Shown here in pieces: positions 33,584-43,213 of a DNA stretch of 64,000 bases. Origin of the DNA: Capsulimonadaceae bacterium. GTDB taxonomy: Bacteria > Armatimonadota > Armatimonadia > Armatimonadales > Capsulimonadaceae. A program made the translations under genes and the position numbers. The stretch spans positions 4,096,001 to 4,160,000 of the forward strand of contig OZ244065.1 of NCBI GenBank assembly GCA_965215505.1, written 5' to 3'. The notes under the pieces were generated by a model. That model made no database searches, had not been told where the DNA came from, and saw nothing but the letters and a program-made list of their open reading frames with translations. Position 1 is the stretch's first letter; each line of letters starts with the position of its first letter.

Positions 33584-34483
33584 ATGCTCAAACGCGGCCT
33601 CTTTAAAAGCATCTTCCAGAAGGTTGACCAGATGGTCACCGGGCGGGGCAAGATAGACGAAGAACTCTTCGAAGAACTCGAAGAGTCGCTCATCGGGGCC
33701 GACCTCAATGTCCACACCACGATGCGCGCCATGGACGCCCTGCGCGGCATGGTCCGCGACAACCAGCTCCATAATGCCGGCGATGTCACCAACTACCTCC
33801 GGCGCTTCCTGTGGGAGACCTTGGTCTCCGACGACGCCAAGAACCCCGCCCTGAACGTCTCCGCCGAGGCCCCGACCGTCTACCTCGTCGTCGGCGTCAA
33901 CGGCGTCGGCAAGACGACCAGCATCGCCAAGCTGGCCCACAAGCTGAAGGGCGAGCGCAAAAAAGTCGTGCTGGCCGCCGCCGACACCTTCCGCGCCGCT
34001 GCCGTGGACCAGCTCGCGCTCTGGGGCGAGCGCATCGGCGTCGAGGTCGTCAAGGGCCGCGACGGGGCCGACCCCGCCGCCGTCGTCTTCGATGCCATCC
34101 AGGCCGCCAAGGCGCGGTCGGCCGATTACCTCATCATTGACACGGCGGGCCGCCTGCACAACAAGGCGAACCTCATGGAAGAACTCAAGAAGATCAACCG
34201 CGTCGTCATGCGCGAATTGGGGGGCCGCTCCGCCGACGAGACCCTCCTTGTGCTGGACGCGACGACCGGCCAGAACGCCGTCAACCAGGCCCGCGAGTTC
34301 AAGAATGCCGTCAGCGTCACGGGCCTCATCCTGGCGAAGCTCGACGGCACGGCGCGCGGCGGCATCGTCATCACAATCAAGGACGAACTCGGCGTCCCCA
34401 TCAAGCTCATCGGGACGGGCGAGAAGCCCGGCGACATGGAATACTTCAACCCCCGCACCTTCGTCGAGGCGCTGTTCGAGTAG
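33584..34483 (+). CDS. ftsY: SRP receptor FtsY
   Basis: [30 protein letters not shown]. Confidence 0.97.
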   Translation: MLKRGLFKSIFQKVDQMVTGRGKIDEELFEELEESLIGADLNVHTTMRAMDALRGMVRDNQLHNAGDVTNYLRRFLWETLVSDDAKNPALNVSAEAPTVYLVVGVNGVGKTTSIAKLAHKLKGERKKVVLAAADTFRAAAVDQLALWGERIGVEVVKGRDGADPAAVVFDAIQAAKARSADYLIIDTAGRLHNKANLMEELKKINRVVMRELGGRSADETLLVLDATTGQNAVNQAREFKNAVSVTGLILAKLDGTARGGIVITIKDELGVPIKLIGTGEKPGDMEYFNPRTFVEALFE

Positions 34484-34492
34484 GCGACGCAG

Positions 34493-35242
34493 ATGAACAT
34501 AGACGCGGCGGAAATAGAGTTGTGCCTACGCAAATACCAGTGGGCACGGGAAGATTTTCTTCGCGAAGTCGAAGACGGGTACATGTTCCTGAGAACCCTG
34601 TCTCATCCACATGTACGGCAGTTCCTGGGTTGTGTGGAGCAACTGCCCCCCTCAGAGCAATTAGAATTAGCGCGGCTACTTGTGGCAAGCTCGCACCTAC
34701 CGGCCCTGACGTTGTTGGGAGAATCGCTCACCAAAGAGGATGAGGCGAGGTTGAACGCATACAGAGCAGGAATAAGAAGCATTGTCTTACCTGCTATCTC
34801 TAACAGTCCTGCTACGAAGACTTTCGCCGTGAAGCGAGCGGACGTCGCTAAAACCGTATTGCCGGTTCTTTCCTCTGCGTTCGGTGAGAAGCCCCAGAAG
34901 CTTGCAAGCCTGCAATGGTTTTATGCCACGCCTGTTGGCGATTGGCGGTTCTTTATGGAACTTGATTTCGGCGGCACTTGGGGCACCGAAATCCGTTGCT
35001 ACCACCGATTAGTCCGCAATGATAGTAAGTCATCGGGGTTGATGCCGATGACGTTGCAGAGTTCAGTTGGACCGGTTCATGTACCGCAAGTCTTTTCGTT
35101 GCTGTCCCTCTATGGGCTTCCGGGTGACACATGTTATATCCATAGTTCTGAAGATGTGCAGGATGCCATGCGATCAATCCTGGTTAGCCGCGCCCGTCTC
35201 TTTCGAGCAGTACCGGGCTGGGTTGACCAGTTATCAGTCTAG
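34493..35242 (+). CDS. Hypothetical protein, lower GC
   Basis: 249-aa ORF 9 nt after ftsY; visibly more AT-rich codons than its neighbours. Confidence 0.65.
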   Translation: MNIDAAEIELCLRKYQWAREDFLREVEDGYMFLRTLSHPHVRQFLGCVEQLPPSEQLELARLLVASSHLPALTLLGESLTKEDEARLNAYRAGIRSIVLPAISNSPATKTFAVKRADVAKTVLPVLSSAFGEKPQKLASLQWFYATPVGDWRFFMELDFGGTWGTEIRCYHRLVRNDSKSSGLMPMTLQSSVGPVHVPQVFSLLSLYGLPGDTCYIHSSEDVQDAMRSILVSRARLFRAVPGWVDQLSV

Positions 35243-35271
35243 GACTGATACCAGAAGATTAGTAGAGCATA

Positions 35272-35589
35272 ATGGAAACGATTAATCGGGTGGTCACCAG
35301 GGCAACATTCGTGGGGGTGACGGACAAAATCCCCCCTGCTCTCATGGTGCGTAAGCGCGCGACCGGTGCCGGCGGTGCGGTGCGCCACTTCACCTTTATG
35401 TTCCCCATGCTTGACCCGGACCTGCTCCGGCGGCTCTCCGCAGAAATTCATCTAGGGGATGAAGTGGAGGCGACCGTGGTGAATGTCTGGCGTGAAGACG
35501 GCCACACCGCCTGCCTTGAAAGTTTCTGCAAGGTTTCGGCGGAAAAAGAGACGCCCCCGGCCAAAGAACTCGCCTCTCAGGCCGACTGA
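35272..35589 (+). CDS. Hypothetical protein
   Basis: 105-aa ORF filling the gap between 35242 and the MFS gene. Confidence 0.55.
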   Translation: METINRVVTRATFVGVTDKIPPALMVRKRATGAGGAVRHFTFMFPMLDPDLLRRLSAEIHLGDEVEATVVNVWREDGHTACLESFCKVSAEKETPPAKELASQAD

Positions 35590-36842
35590 GTGACCGCCCC
35601 GTCCGGCTTCGCCATCAGCGTGCGGGGGATCAGCGGGAGGGCCAGCAGGGGCAGGGCGGACGTGATCGCGTTGATCCAGATCAGGTCCGGCAGGGGGATG
35701 TGCTGCTTCTCGTACAGCCACGAGCCGAAGACGTTGGCGAGCGACACGCCGAGGTTGGACGCGCTCATCAGCAGCGAGTAGCACAGCGCCTCGCTGCCGC
35801 GCGGGGTCGCGCGGGCAGCCAAATCCAGTAGCGCGATCCCAACGCCTGCGCTCAGGAAGGCGTTCGCGGCTTCGATGCCGATGGCCGCACGGTGCGAATG
35901 GTAGCCTAAGAAAAGCAGAGAGCCGGAGGCGCTGAAGACGATGCCGGCCGCCAGCATCCGGTTCAGCGGGATGCGCCCGCAGAGTATGCCGTAGAGAACG
36001 ACCCCCGCCACCCCGCCGATGCCGGCCACCAAGCCGAGGTTCCCGATGAACTGGCTCGTGAACTTCAGCGTGTCGTTTTGATAAAAGAACAGCGGCGTCC
36101 CGAAGCCCGGCGAGAGCTGGTCCAGGAAGAGGAACGCGACCGCGATCCAGAGCGGGCGGCACCGCCGCATCGCCCCGAACTGCTTCCGCAGGTCTGCCCC
36201 GATGGTGCTTTCCCGCCGTGCCGCGCGGGGTTCCGGCAGCAGCCAGGCTACGATGGGGATCAGCGCCAGGAGCAGCATCGCCTCGGTCGCGCAGGTCCAG
36301 CCGAAGGCCCGCCCCCCCAAAAACCCGCCGACCGGCCCCGCCGCGAGTGCCGCCGCGCCCAGGACCAGCGTCCGCAGGACGCTGAGGCGGCCGGTGAGCC
36401 CGCTCCGCTGCCCCGCCTCCACAATCATCCCGCCCGCGACGCTGCTGAGGATGACGCACATGGCGTTCACCCCCGCCATCGTCCACAGGATCGGCCCGTA
36501 GCGGCGCGGCAGGATGTCCAGCAGTCCCCACAGTGCGACGGCCACTGCGCTGCTGCATATCAGGTAGAAGCGCCGCCGCGTCCCCCACAGCGGCACGCTG
36601 TCCGAGAGCATCCCCGCCAGAGGCTTCGCGTACCACGCCGCCCCCGCCAGCGCGAAGAACCCGGCGATCGCCGTCGCGCCCAGGTGCATGTGGTTTTTCA
36701 GCAGATATGTCAGCGGTAGCGCGGCCAGCCCCATGCTGTTGGAGAGCAGGAGGCTCAGGCCGATGACGAGCATCAGCCGCCGGTTCTGCCTGCGGGACAG
36801 CGGCACGGGGTCTAGTACAGGTGCGGCGGTGATTGCGGCCAT
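35577..36842 (-). CDS. MFS transporter (BT1/folate-biopterin-like)
   Basis: AWYAKPLAGMLSDSVPLWGTRRRFY, PRGSEALCYSLLMSASNLG. Confidence 0.85.
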   Translation of the reverse strand: MAAITAAPVLDPVPLSRRQNRRLMLVIGLSLLLSNSMGLAALPLTYLLKNHMHLGATAIAGFFALAGAAWYAKPLAGMLSDSVPLWGTRRRFYLICSSAVAVALWGLLDILPRRYGPILWTMAGVNAMCVILSSVAGGMIVEAGQRSGLTGRLSVLRTLVLGAAALAAGPVGGFLGGRAFGWTCATEAMLLLALIPIVAWLLPEPRAARRESTIGADLRKQFGAMRRCRPLWIAVAFLFLDQLSPGFGTPLFFYQNDTLKFTSQFIGNLGLVAGIGGVAGVVLYGILCGRIPLNRMLAAGIVFSASGSLLFLGYHSHRAAIGIEAANAFLSAGVGIALLDLAARATPRGSEALCYSLLMSASNLGVSLANVFGSWLYEKQHIPLPDLIWINAITSALPLLALPLIPRTLMAKPDGAVTQSA

Positions 36843-36917
36843 GGTGTTTTCCTTCCAATTCGTGTCCAGGCTGAGTGTGGTATAGTGTGTCTATCGCGAT
36901 AGAGGAGGAGCCGCGTC

Positions 36918-37544
36918 ATGCCCCCACGTTCCCGCGCCGGCGTTACTGTTGTACAGGTGGTCGTCGTTCTCGCCATCATTGCCTTCGTGGCCGCCGTGTT
37001 GTTCCCAATGTTTCAGAAGGTCCATGACTATCCCCATCACGGTAGTTGTGCCTCCAACATGAAGCAGCTTGGCCTCGCCATGATTCAGTATGAACAGGAC
37101 GCCGACGGCGAGTTTCCGCCAGGGACTACCCCGGCGGGCAACGGCTGGGCCGGGCAGACCTACCCGTTCGTGAAGGCCACAGGCGTTTACCACTGCCCCA
37201 ACGATCTCCAGGACGTCCCATACGTCTCCTACACGGAGAATCGCAACCTCGTCGGGCGCTCCTTGAATGACCTGACTAACCTCTTTGGCACGGTCGCGCT
37301 CTACGAGGCTACAACGCTGAACTGCGACCCTGCGACTGCCGAAACCGTCAGCGCGACTGGCCTGAGCGCGCCGCAGGACAGCAAACGCCATGACTCGTCC
37401 TCGTTCCCTTATGGCCTGAACTTCCTCGCCGCAGATGGTCATGTCAAGTTCCTGACGCCGGAGAAGGTATCAGGTGGCCCCCAGGCCGTCAGCGCGAAGA
37501 CGTTGCCGCAGGGGGCGTATGTGGAGACGTTCGCGATCAAATGA
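36918..37544 (+). CDS. DUF1559 / prepilin-like protein with H-X9-DG motif
   Basis: GVTVVQVVVVLAIIA..LFP, CASNMKQLGLAMIQYEQD, RH...NFLAADGHVK. Confidence 0.85.
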   Translation: MPPRSRAGVTVVQVVVVLAIIAFVAAVLFPMFQKVHDYPHHGSCASNMKQLGLAMIQYEQDADGEFPPGTTPAGNGWAGQTYPFVKATGVYHCPNDLQDVPYVSYTENRNLVGRSLNDLTNLFGTVALYEATTLNCDPATAETVSATGLSAPQDSKRHDSSSFPYGLNFLAADGHVKFLTPEKVSGGPQAVSAKTLPQGAYVETFAIK

Positions 37545-37725
37545 TCCTCTCCCGTCTCGCAAGCTCGCCACCCTCCCCTCGGAAGGAAGGGTTCCGGACA
37601 GAGGGAAGAGTTCTGGACAGACGCAAAGGCTTTTGCCGCTTGACCACAAGCAGGGGCTTTCTTCCATTCCGAAACCCCTTCCCTCCGAGGGGAGGGTGGC
37701 GAGCTTGCGAGACGGGAGAGGATCA
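37542..37725. repeat. Inverted-repeat element, family C (perfect 42-bp arms)
   Basis: tgatcctctcccgtctcgcaagctcgccaccctcccctcgga (37542-37583) is the reverse complement of 37684-37725. Confidence 0.88.
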
Positions 37726-38940
37726 GGCCACCCTCAGCCCCTCCAGCCCCCGGAAGATGAAGTTGGGACGCCACCGCAGCGGCTCGTCCCCCGCCAGCCG
37801 CAGTTTCGGGAAGCGGCGCAGCAGGGTCCCCAACACGATCTGCCCCTCCATACGGGCCAGGGCCGCGCCCAGGCAGTAATGGACGCCCCAGCCGAAGGCC
37901 AGATGACGCCCCTCCCGGCGCGTGATGTCCAGCCGGTCCGGGTCGGTGAACTGGGCGGGGTCACGGTTGGCTGCGCCCAGGCCCAGCATCACGAACTGCC
38001 CCGCCTCGATCCGCAAGCCGTCTAGCGTAACCGCCTCTTTCGGGATACGCGAGGTCCATTGGACCGGGCTTTCATAGCGCAATAGCTCCTCAATGGCCGT
38101 GGGGAGCAGGGCCGGGTCCTGCCGCAGACGGGCGGCCTGCTCGGGGTGGGTGAGGAGCGCCAGCAGGCCGTTGCCGATCAGGTTTGTCGTCGTCTCATGC
38201 CCCGCGACCAGCAGCAAGAGGCAGTTGGCGATCAGCTCCTCTTCGGTCAGCCTGTCGCCCTGCTCCTCGACTTCAACCAGGGCGCTCAGGAGATTGTCGC
38301 CCGGCTTCGCCCGTATCCGGTCTACGACCCCGTGCAGATAGTCCATCAGCCGGTAGATGCCCGGCAGGAGGGGGCGCGTGGCCTCCCAATCATTGCCGTC
38401 CGTCCCCAGGAAGTCGGCGAAGTCGTCCGACCAGTGCTTGAAGCGGTCGCGGTCTTCGGGCGGGACGCCCAGCATCTCGGCAATCACGGTCGCGGGCAGC
38501 GGATTGGCGAGGGCGCGGATGACGTCCAGCGGCCCGGCGGCGAGGGCCGTGTCGAGGAAATCATCCGTCCAATCCTGTATCCGGGACCGCAGGCGCTCGA
38601 TGACACGCGGCGTGAACGCCTTCGCCGCCAGCGTCCGCAGGCGCGTCTGGTGGGGCGGGTCCTGGAACAGCATCTGCCGCGACAGCATTTCGTAGAGCGG
38701 CCCGAACTCCGACCGGAGTTCGGGTGCAAGCCCCGCCGCGCTGAACTTCTGTGCGCTCAGGCTCGGGTGTGCGAGCAGGGCGGCAACGTCGGCATGGCGC
38801 GTAAAGACCCAGATGCCGCGCTCCGCATTCCACAGGCGCGGCGACTCCGCCCGGAGCCGGCGGTAGGCGGGGTAGGGGTCCGCAATCGCCTCGGGCGAGA
38901 AGACGTCGTAGCCTGCATCATCATTCATGGCATCGCTCAT
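37723..38940 (-). CDS. Cytochrome P450
   Basis: AGHETT, EELLRYESP, ANRDP, FGWGVHYCLG heme motif. Confidence 0.95.
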   Translation of the reverse strand: MSDAMNDDAGYDVFSPEAIADPYPAYRRLRAESPRLWNAERGIWVFTRHADVAALLAHPSLSAQKFSAAGLAPELRSEFGPLYEMLSRQMLFQDPPHQTRLRTLAAKAFTPRVIERLRSRIQDWTDDFLDTALAAGPLDVIRALANPLPATVIAEMLGVPPEDRDRFKHWSDDFADFLGTDGNDWEATRPLLPGIYRLMDYLHGVVDRIRAKPGDNLLSALVEVEEQGDRLTEEELIANCLLLLVAGHETTTNLIGNGLLALLTHPEQAARLRQDPALLPTAIEELLRYESPVQWTSRIPKEAVTLDGLRIEAGQFVMLGLGAANRDPAQFTDPDRLDITRREGRHLAFGWGVHYCLGAALARMEGQIVLGTLLRRFPKLRLAGDEPLRWRPNFIFRGLEGLRVA

Positions 38941-40760
38941 GCCGCGCCGACGATTTCTTCCAGCCGGTCCACCATCCGGGACAGCACGCCGAAAGCGCGC
39001 TGAATCGGGGCGGGCGAGGTCATGTCGATCCCCGCCAGCTTCAAAGCGTCCAGCGGGTACAGCGAGCCGCCCGCCTTCAGGAAGCTCAGATACCGCTCGG
39101 CAGCAGGTGCGCCCTCCGTGCGGACGTCTTCGGCCAATGCGTTCGCGGCGGCGATGCCCGTCGCGTACTGGTAGACGTAGAACGGCGAGTACAAGTGCCC
39201 GAACTGCGCCCAGGTGATGCCCAGCCGCGCCTCGTCTATTTCCACCTGCCCGCCGTAGCCCTCGGCGAAGAATCCGGCCAGCGTCCGCGTCATACCGTCC
39301 GCCGTCAGAGCCTCGCCGCGCTCGATTTTCTCATGGCAGTCCAGCTCGAACCGCGCCAAGGTCGGCATGACGAACAGGTAGCGGTGGAAATTGGAGATGG
39401 CTTCCTCGATGATCGTCAGTGTCCCGTCGCGGTCCGTACTCTCGTCCAGCAGCTTGCCCCGGACGAGCGCCTGGTTGAAGTTCGAGGCGACCTCGGCGAC
39501 GAACAGGGAGTAGTTGGAGTAGACCGGCGGCTGGTTCTCCCAGGTCAGGTAGGAGTGCATCGAGTGGCCCAATTCGTGCGCCAGAGTGCTGACCGAGAAC
39601 AGGTCGTCCCGGTAGTTCATCATGATGAACGGGCGCGTCCCCTTCATGCCCGACGAAAACGCGCCGCTGCCCTTACCCTGGTTCGGCGCACCGTCCACCC
39701 AGCGGTCTTCTACCAGGCCCTGGCGCATGGCGGCGACGTAGTCCTTGCCCAAGGCCCCCATCCCCGCGCAGAGCGTTTCGGTTGCCTCGGCATACGAGAT
39801 CGTCCGCTCCGTCTTCGGCATCGGGGCCGGCACGGCATAGGTGGGCAGGTCGGCGCAGGACAGCGTTTCGACGCCAAGGCCCTTCTTTAACAGGCCCCAG
39901 TAGCGGTGCCAGATCGGCAGGTTGTCTTGGAACGTACTCAGGAGCGTATCGAAGACCTCGCGCGGGATGGCGTTGGGCGCGAGCGACGACTCCAGCGCCG
40001 ACGGGTAGTGCCGGACGCGGGACGAGAACACGCTCTGCTTGATCCGCCCGCTGAGGCACGCAGCCAACGTGTTCTTGACGCCCAGATACCCGTCGGCGTA
40101 GGACTCCCACGCCTGCCGGCGCAGGGCCTGGTCGGGGTCCCTGACCAAGTCGCTGATCGTCCCCTGCGCCACTTCTAATGGCTCCCCGGCTTTGCCCGGC
40201 AAGGGCGAGAACTTCAGGTCTGCGTTGGTCAATACGCTGGCCGCCGTTCCCAAGGCCCCCAAAGGCTCCGACACCTGCGCCAGCAGCGACTCGACCTCTT
40301 CCGACCGCACATGCGCCCGCCTTCGGTTCAGCCGGTCGAAGTAGTGCGCGTAGACGGCCAGCGCGGCGTTCTCCGACTGCCACTGCGTCAGCCGCTCGGC
40401 GGGGATTTGCAGCATCTCCGGCTCGTAGAACGCCGACGCCGCCGCGAAGCGGGCGTACAAACCTCCCGCCCGGCTCGCCAGCGCGGCGGCGGCCTGGTCG
40501 CCGGTGTCGCCCGCCCGAAGCATGGAGGCGTAGAGGGCGACCTTGCGGGCCGCCATCCCGACCGCCTCCTGATGCGCCAGCGTCTCGGCCAGCACATCGG
40601 CCGACTCGCCGAGCCGCCCCTGGTAGGGGGCGAAGCTTTCGAGCAGGCCGCCCACGCGGGCGTACTCCGCCTCCCACGCCTCCTCGTTCGGGAAGACGCT
40701 CTCGACGCTCCATTTCTTCTCGTCCGGCACGTCTTGTCGCCGTGGCAATGTCTCGGGCAT
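38937..40760 (-). CDS. pepF: Oligoendopeptidase F
   Basis: GAFS, TLAHELGHSMHS, FVAEVASNFN, HLYSPFYVYQYATG. Confidence 0.93.
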   Translation of the reverse strand: MPETLPRRQDVPDEKKWSVESVFPNEEAWEAEYARVGGLLESFAPYQGRLGESADVLAETLAHQEAVGMAARKVALYASMLRAGDTGDQAAAALASRAGGLYARFAAASAFYEPEMLQIPAERLTQWQSENAALAVYAHYFDRLNRRRAHVRSEEVESLLAQVSEPLGALGTAASVLTNADLKFSPLPGKAGEPLEVAQGTISDLVRDPDQALRRQAWESYADGYLGVKNTLAACLSGRIKQSVFSSRVRHYPSALESSLAPNAIPREVFDTLLSTFQDNLPIWHRYWGLLKKGLGVETLSCADLPTYAVPAPMPKTERTISYAEATETLCAGMGALGKDYVAAMRQGLVEDRWVDGAPNQGKGSGAFSSGMKGTRPFIMMNYRDDLFSVSTLAHELGHSMHSYLTWENQPPVYSNYSLFVAEVASNFNQALVRGKLLDESTDRDGTLTIIEEAISNFHRYLFVMPTLARFELDCHEKIERGEALTADGMTRTLAGFFAEGYGGQVEIDEARLGITWAQFGHLYSPFYVYQYATGIAAANALAEDVRTEGAPAAERYLSFLKAGGSLYPLDALKLAGIDMTSPAPIQRAFGVLSRMVDRLEEIVGAA

Positions 40761-40818
40761 GGTATTGATACTCCTTAAAATGGTCCTTTGCTGGCGCTAA
40801 TCAGCCTCTGTGGCATCG

Positions 40819-40971
40819 AGTCGAGTGGTTGAAAACCACTCGCTAGGAGAGGTGTCCTTCGGACACAGGGACGGACACAGGATATGGCCCCCCAGAGACG
40901 GGGCACGGCCTGCATCCATGTTCCCGTCCGCAGGACGCTTTTCCTAGCGAGTGGTTTTCAACCACTCGACT
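40819..40971. repeat. REPIN-like element, family B (perfect 30-bp arms)
   Basis: agtcgagtggttgaaaaccactcgctagga (40819-40848) is the reverse complement of 40942-40971; same hairpin core as 769-933. Confidence 0.85.
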
Positions 40972-40974
40972 TGT

Positions 40975-43179
40975 TTACGGCCTCACGACTCGCCCCGCCA
41001 CCGAAGACAGCAGCCGGACTCGCCCGAGCTGAGGCGAATAGACCTTGGCGTCGTTGGCGAACTCGATCCTGACATAGTTCGTCCCCTCCGGCACCCGGAC
41101 GGGGCGGAAGTTCGTGCGGGAAAACTCCCCGCTGGTCGGAACGGGGGCGTCGTTCTTGACTTCAAGCGGCGTCCAGCGCCCGCCGTCGGGCGAGGCGTAG
41201 AACCGGACCTTGCCGGCCAGCGCGTCCGTGAAATAGACGCGCGCCGTGAAGTCGGTCAAGTGGTAAAGATGGTAGGTCAGGCTCTCGGGCGCGTCGCTGA
41301 CCCGCTTCAGATGTGAGGCAGCCCCTTCGAACATGTCCGGGTGGATCGTCTCGAAGAACCAGCCCCCGGCGTGGCTGTCCGTCTTGCTCCAGTCCAGCAT
41401 GTCGTCCACGACCACTTTGTCATTCGTGATCGAGACGGGCGCGGACGCCCTGATGTCTCGGCCCGCGCCGTCCTTCGCCGTCGCCGTGACACGCACCCGG
41501 CCCAGCCTGCGCGCCGTCAGCAGGCCGGACGGCGTGATGATCGCCAGGGCGGTCGGCCTGCCGTCGGGACCGCTGACCGACCACCGCACCGCCCCATTGT
41601 CTGGGGTGACGGCAGCCTCCATCGGCAGCGTCTCGCCCCGCATGACCTGTGCGGGGCGGACGGTGACGGCGGAAACCGGCACCGCGCGGCCCGACGCGAG
41701 CGCCACCGGGGAGCCGCCATCCAGTGTGGTCAGGAGAACCAGCCCGCGCGACGGCAGCGAGACGGTCAGGCCGGTCGCCAGGCTGATGCCGGGCAGGACC
41801 CGTCTGACTACGGGGAAGCCGCCAGCGTTGGTGGGCCGGTCGGCGTCAAAGTAGTGGTACTCGCGCAGGATCGCCCGCCCCGCTGCGTTCGGAACGATGA
41901 CGCGCACCGTCCGGGGAGTGTCTGAGTCGTTGACGACGGCCAGGCTGAGGTCGTCCTTGCCCCCGTTCATCCGCGTCGCCGCCGCCGCCCGGACGCCGGG
42001 AAGTGCCGTGCTGCTGGCGCTGACGACCTTCATGCCGCGCGGGAACGCATGGCACAGCAGGGACCACGGATAGAACCAGGGGCGCAGGTTCTCGTCCTCC
42101 GGCCTGCCCATCGCGCCGCCGAACGTGTTCCAAAAGCCCCAGACTTTCAGGCTGTAGGCATTCGGGTTCGCCGCCGTCGGCGCGATCTTCGCCTGCGTGT
42201 GCATCGAGTCGTCCAGGTCCCAGGCGGAGACGCCGCCGACGCCCGCCCGCATGGTCTGGAGCAGATAGTCGGCCATGTAGACGCCGTAGCCGAAGTCCCG
42301 GATTTTCGTGTTGCTGTCGCCGCTCTTCCAATCGCCGGTTTGGGCCGCCAGGGTGTCGCTGGTCCCGGCTTCGGCGATCAGGAACGGCTTTGCCCGCCCC
42401 GCCGGGTCGTGCGCGGCGGCGAAACTTCGTCTGCGCGTCAGCGTCTTCTCGATGAGGCCGCCGGTGATCTCGTCATCCTGCGCGTACCAGTGGACCTCGT
42501 AAGCGCCTAACGTCTGCGGCATTTCACCGGCCGCACTGTTCGCCCACCACAGCAAGTCGGTGCCCGAGGTGTCCGGCCCGACCAAGGCGATTTGCCGGTC
42601 CAGGCCGCGTTTGTGCAACTCGGCGGCCAGGCTTTCCTGAGAAGTTTTCCAGCGCTCGAATGCGGCCTGATCGCCCGTCGGCTCGTTCTGCTTGTTGTAG
42701 TACCGGATGCAGGAATACCCCTTCGCCCGGACCAGGTGTTCCAGGCAGTCCGCGATGAGCCGCGACCAGCGCGGGTCGTCGGCGGCCATGCCGAAGGACG
42801 GCCCCCACTCACCCAGCAGCACCTCCACATGATGCGACTGGCAGTAGTCCAGTATCCTGTAGAGCCGCCCCATCCGCGCCGTGTCCCAGTCGTAGCCCGG
42901 CCGGCCCTGCGCGTCGAACCCGGTACAGTAGAAATCAGAGGTCAGGCAGCAGCGGATGAACTGCGGCCTCAGCACGTCCACGCGCTGGGATATCCGGCCC
43001 CACTGCGCGTCGGTGTAGGCGAAGTCGCTGGGGTCCCACTGCACCCCCGCGCCCGTGTAGCTCTTGACCACGGCCGTGTCGGTGTCTACATAGACCGTGG
43101 CGTCGGAGGGCGCGGCGGCACGCGCCACCAGAGGGGAAAGAAGCAGGGCGATTGCGGTCAGGGTCAGGCGGATGGTCAC
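40975..43179 (-). CDS. Secreted clan-A-like glycoside hydrolase with Ig-like domain
   Basis: GTG start with signal peptide; QNEP acid/base motif, HWY, IAEAG nucleophile; Ig-like segment VRWSV...ITPSGLLTA. Confidence 0.7.
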   Translation of the reverse strand: MTIRLTLTAIALLLSPLVARAAAPSDATVYVDTDTAVVKSYTGAGVQWDPSDFAYTDAQWGRISQRVDVLRPQFIRCCLTSDFYCTGFDAQGRPGYDWDTARMGRLYRILDYCQSHHVEVLLGEWGPSFGMAADDPRWSRLIADCLEHLVRAKGYSCIRYYNKQNEPTGDQAAFERWKTSQESLAAELHKRGLDRQIALVGPDTSGTDLLWWANSAAGEMPQTLGAYEVHWYAQDDEITGGLIEKTLTRRRSFAAAHDPAGRAKPFLIAEAGTSDTLAAQTGDWKSGDSNTKIRDFGYGVYMADYLLQTMRAGVGGVSAWDLDDSMHTQAKIAPTAANPNAYSLKVWGFWNTFGGAMGRPEDENLRPWFYPWSLLCHAFPRGMKVVSASSTALPGVRAAAATRMNGGKDDLSLAVVNDSDTPRTVRVIVPNAAGRAILREYHYFDADRPTNAGGFPVVRRVLPGISLATGLTVSLPSRGLVLLTTLDGGSPVALASGRAVPVSAVTVRPAQVMRGETLPMEAAVTPDNGAVRWSVSGPDGRPTALAIITPSGLLTARRLGRVRVTATAKDGAGRDIRASAPVSITNDKVVVDDMLDWSKTDSHAGGWFFETIHPDMFEGAASHLKRVSDAPESLTYHLYHLTDFTARVYFTDALAGKVRFYASPDGGRWTPLEVKNDAPVPTSGEFSRTNFRPVRVPEGTNYVRIEFANDAKVYSPQLGRVRLLSSVAGRVVRP

Positions 43180-43213
43180 TCTCTGCTCCGTGCCGGCGAC
43201 GCCGGCACCATCG

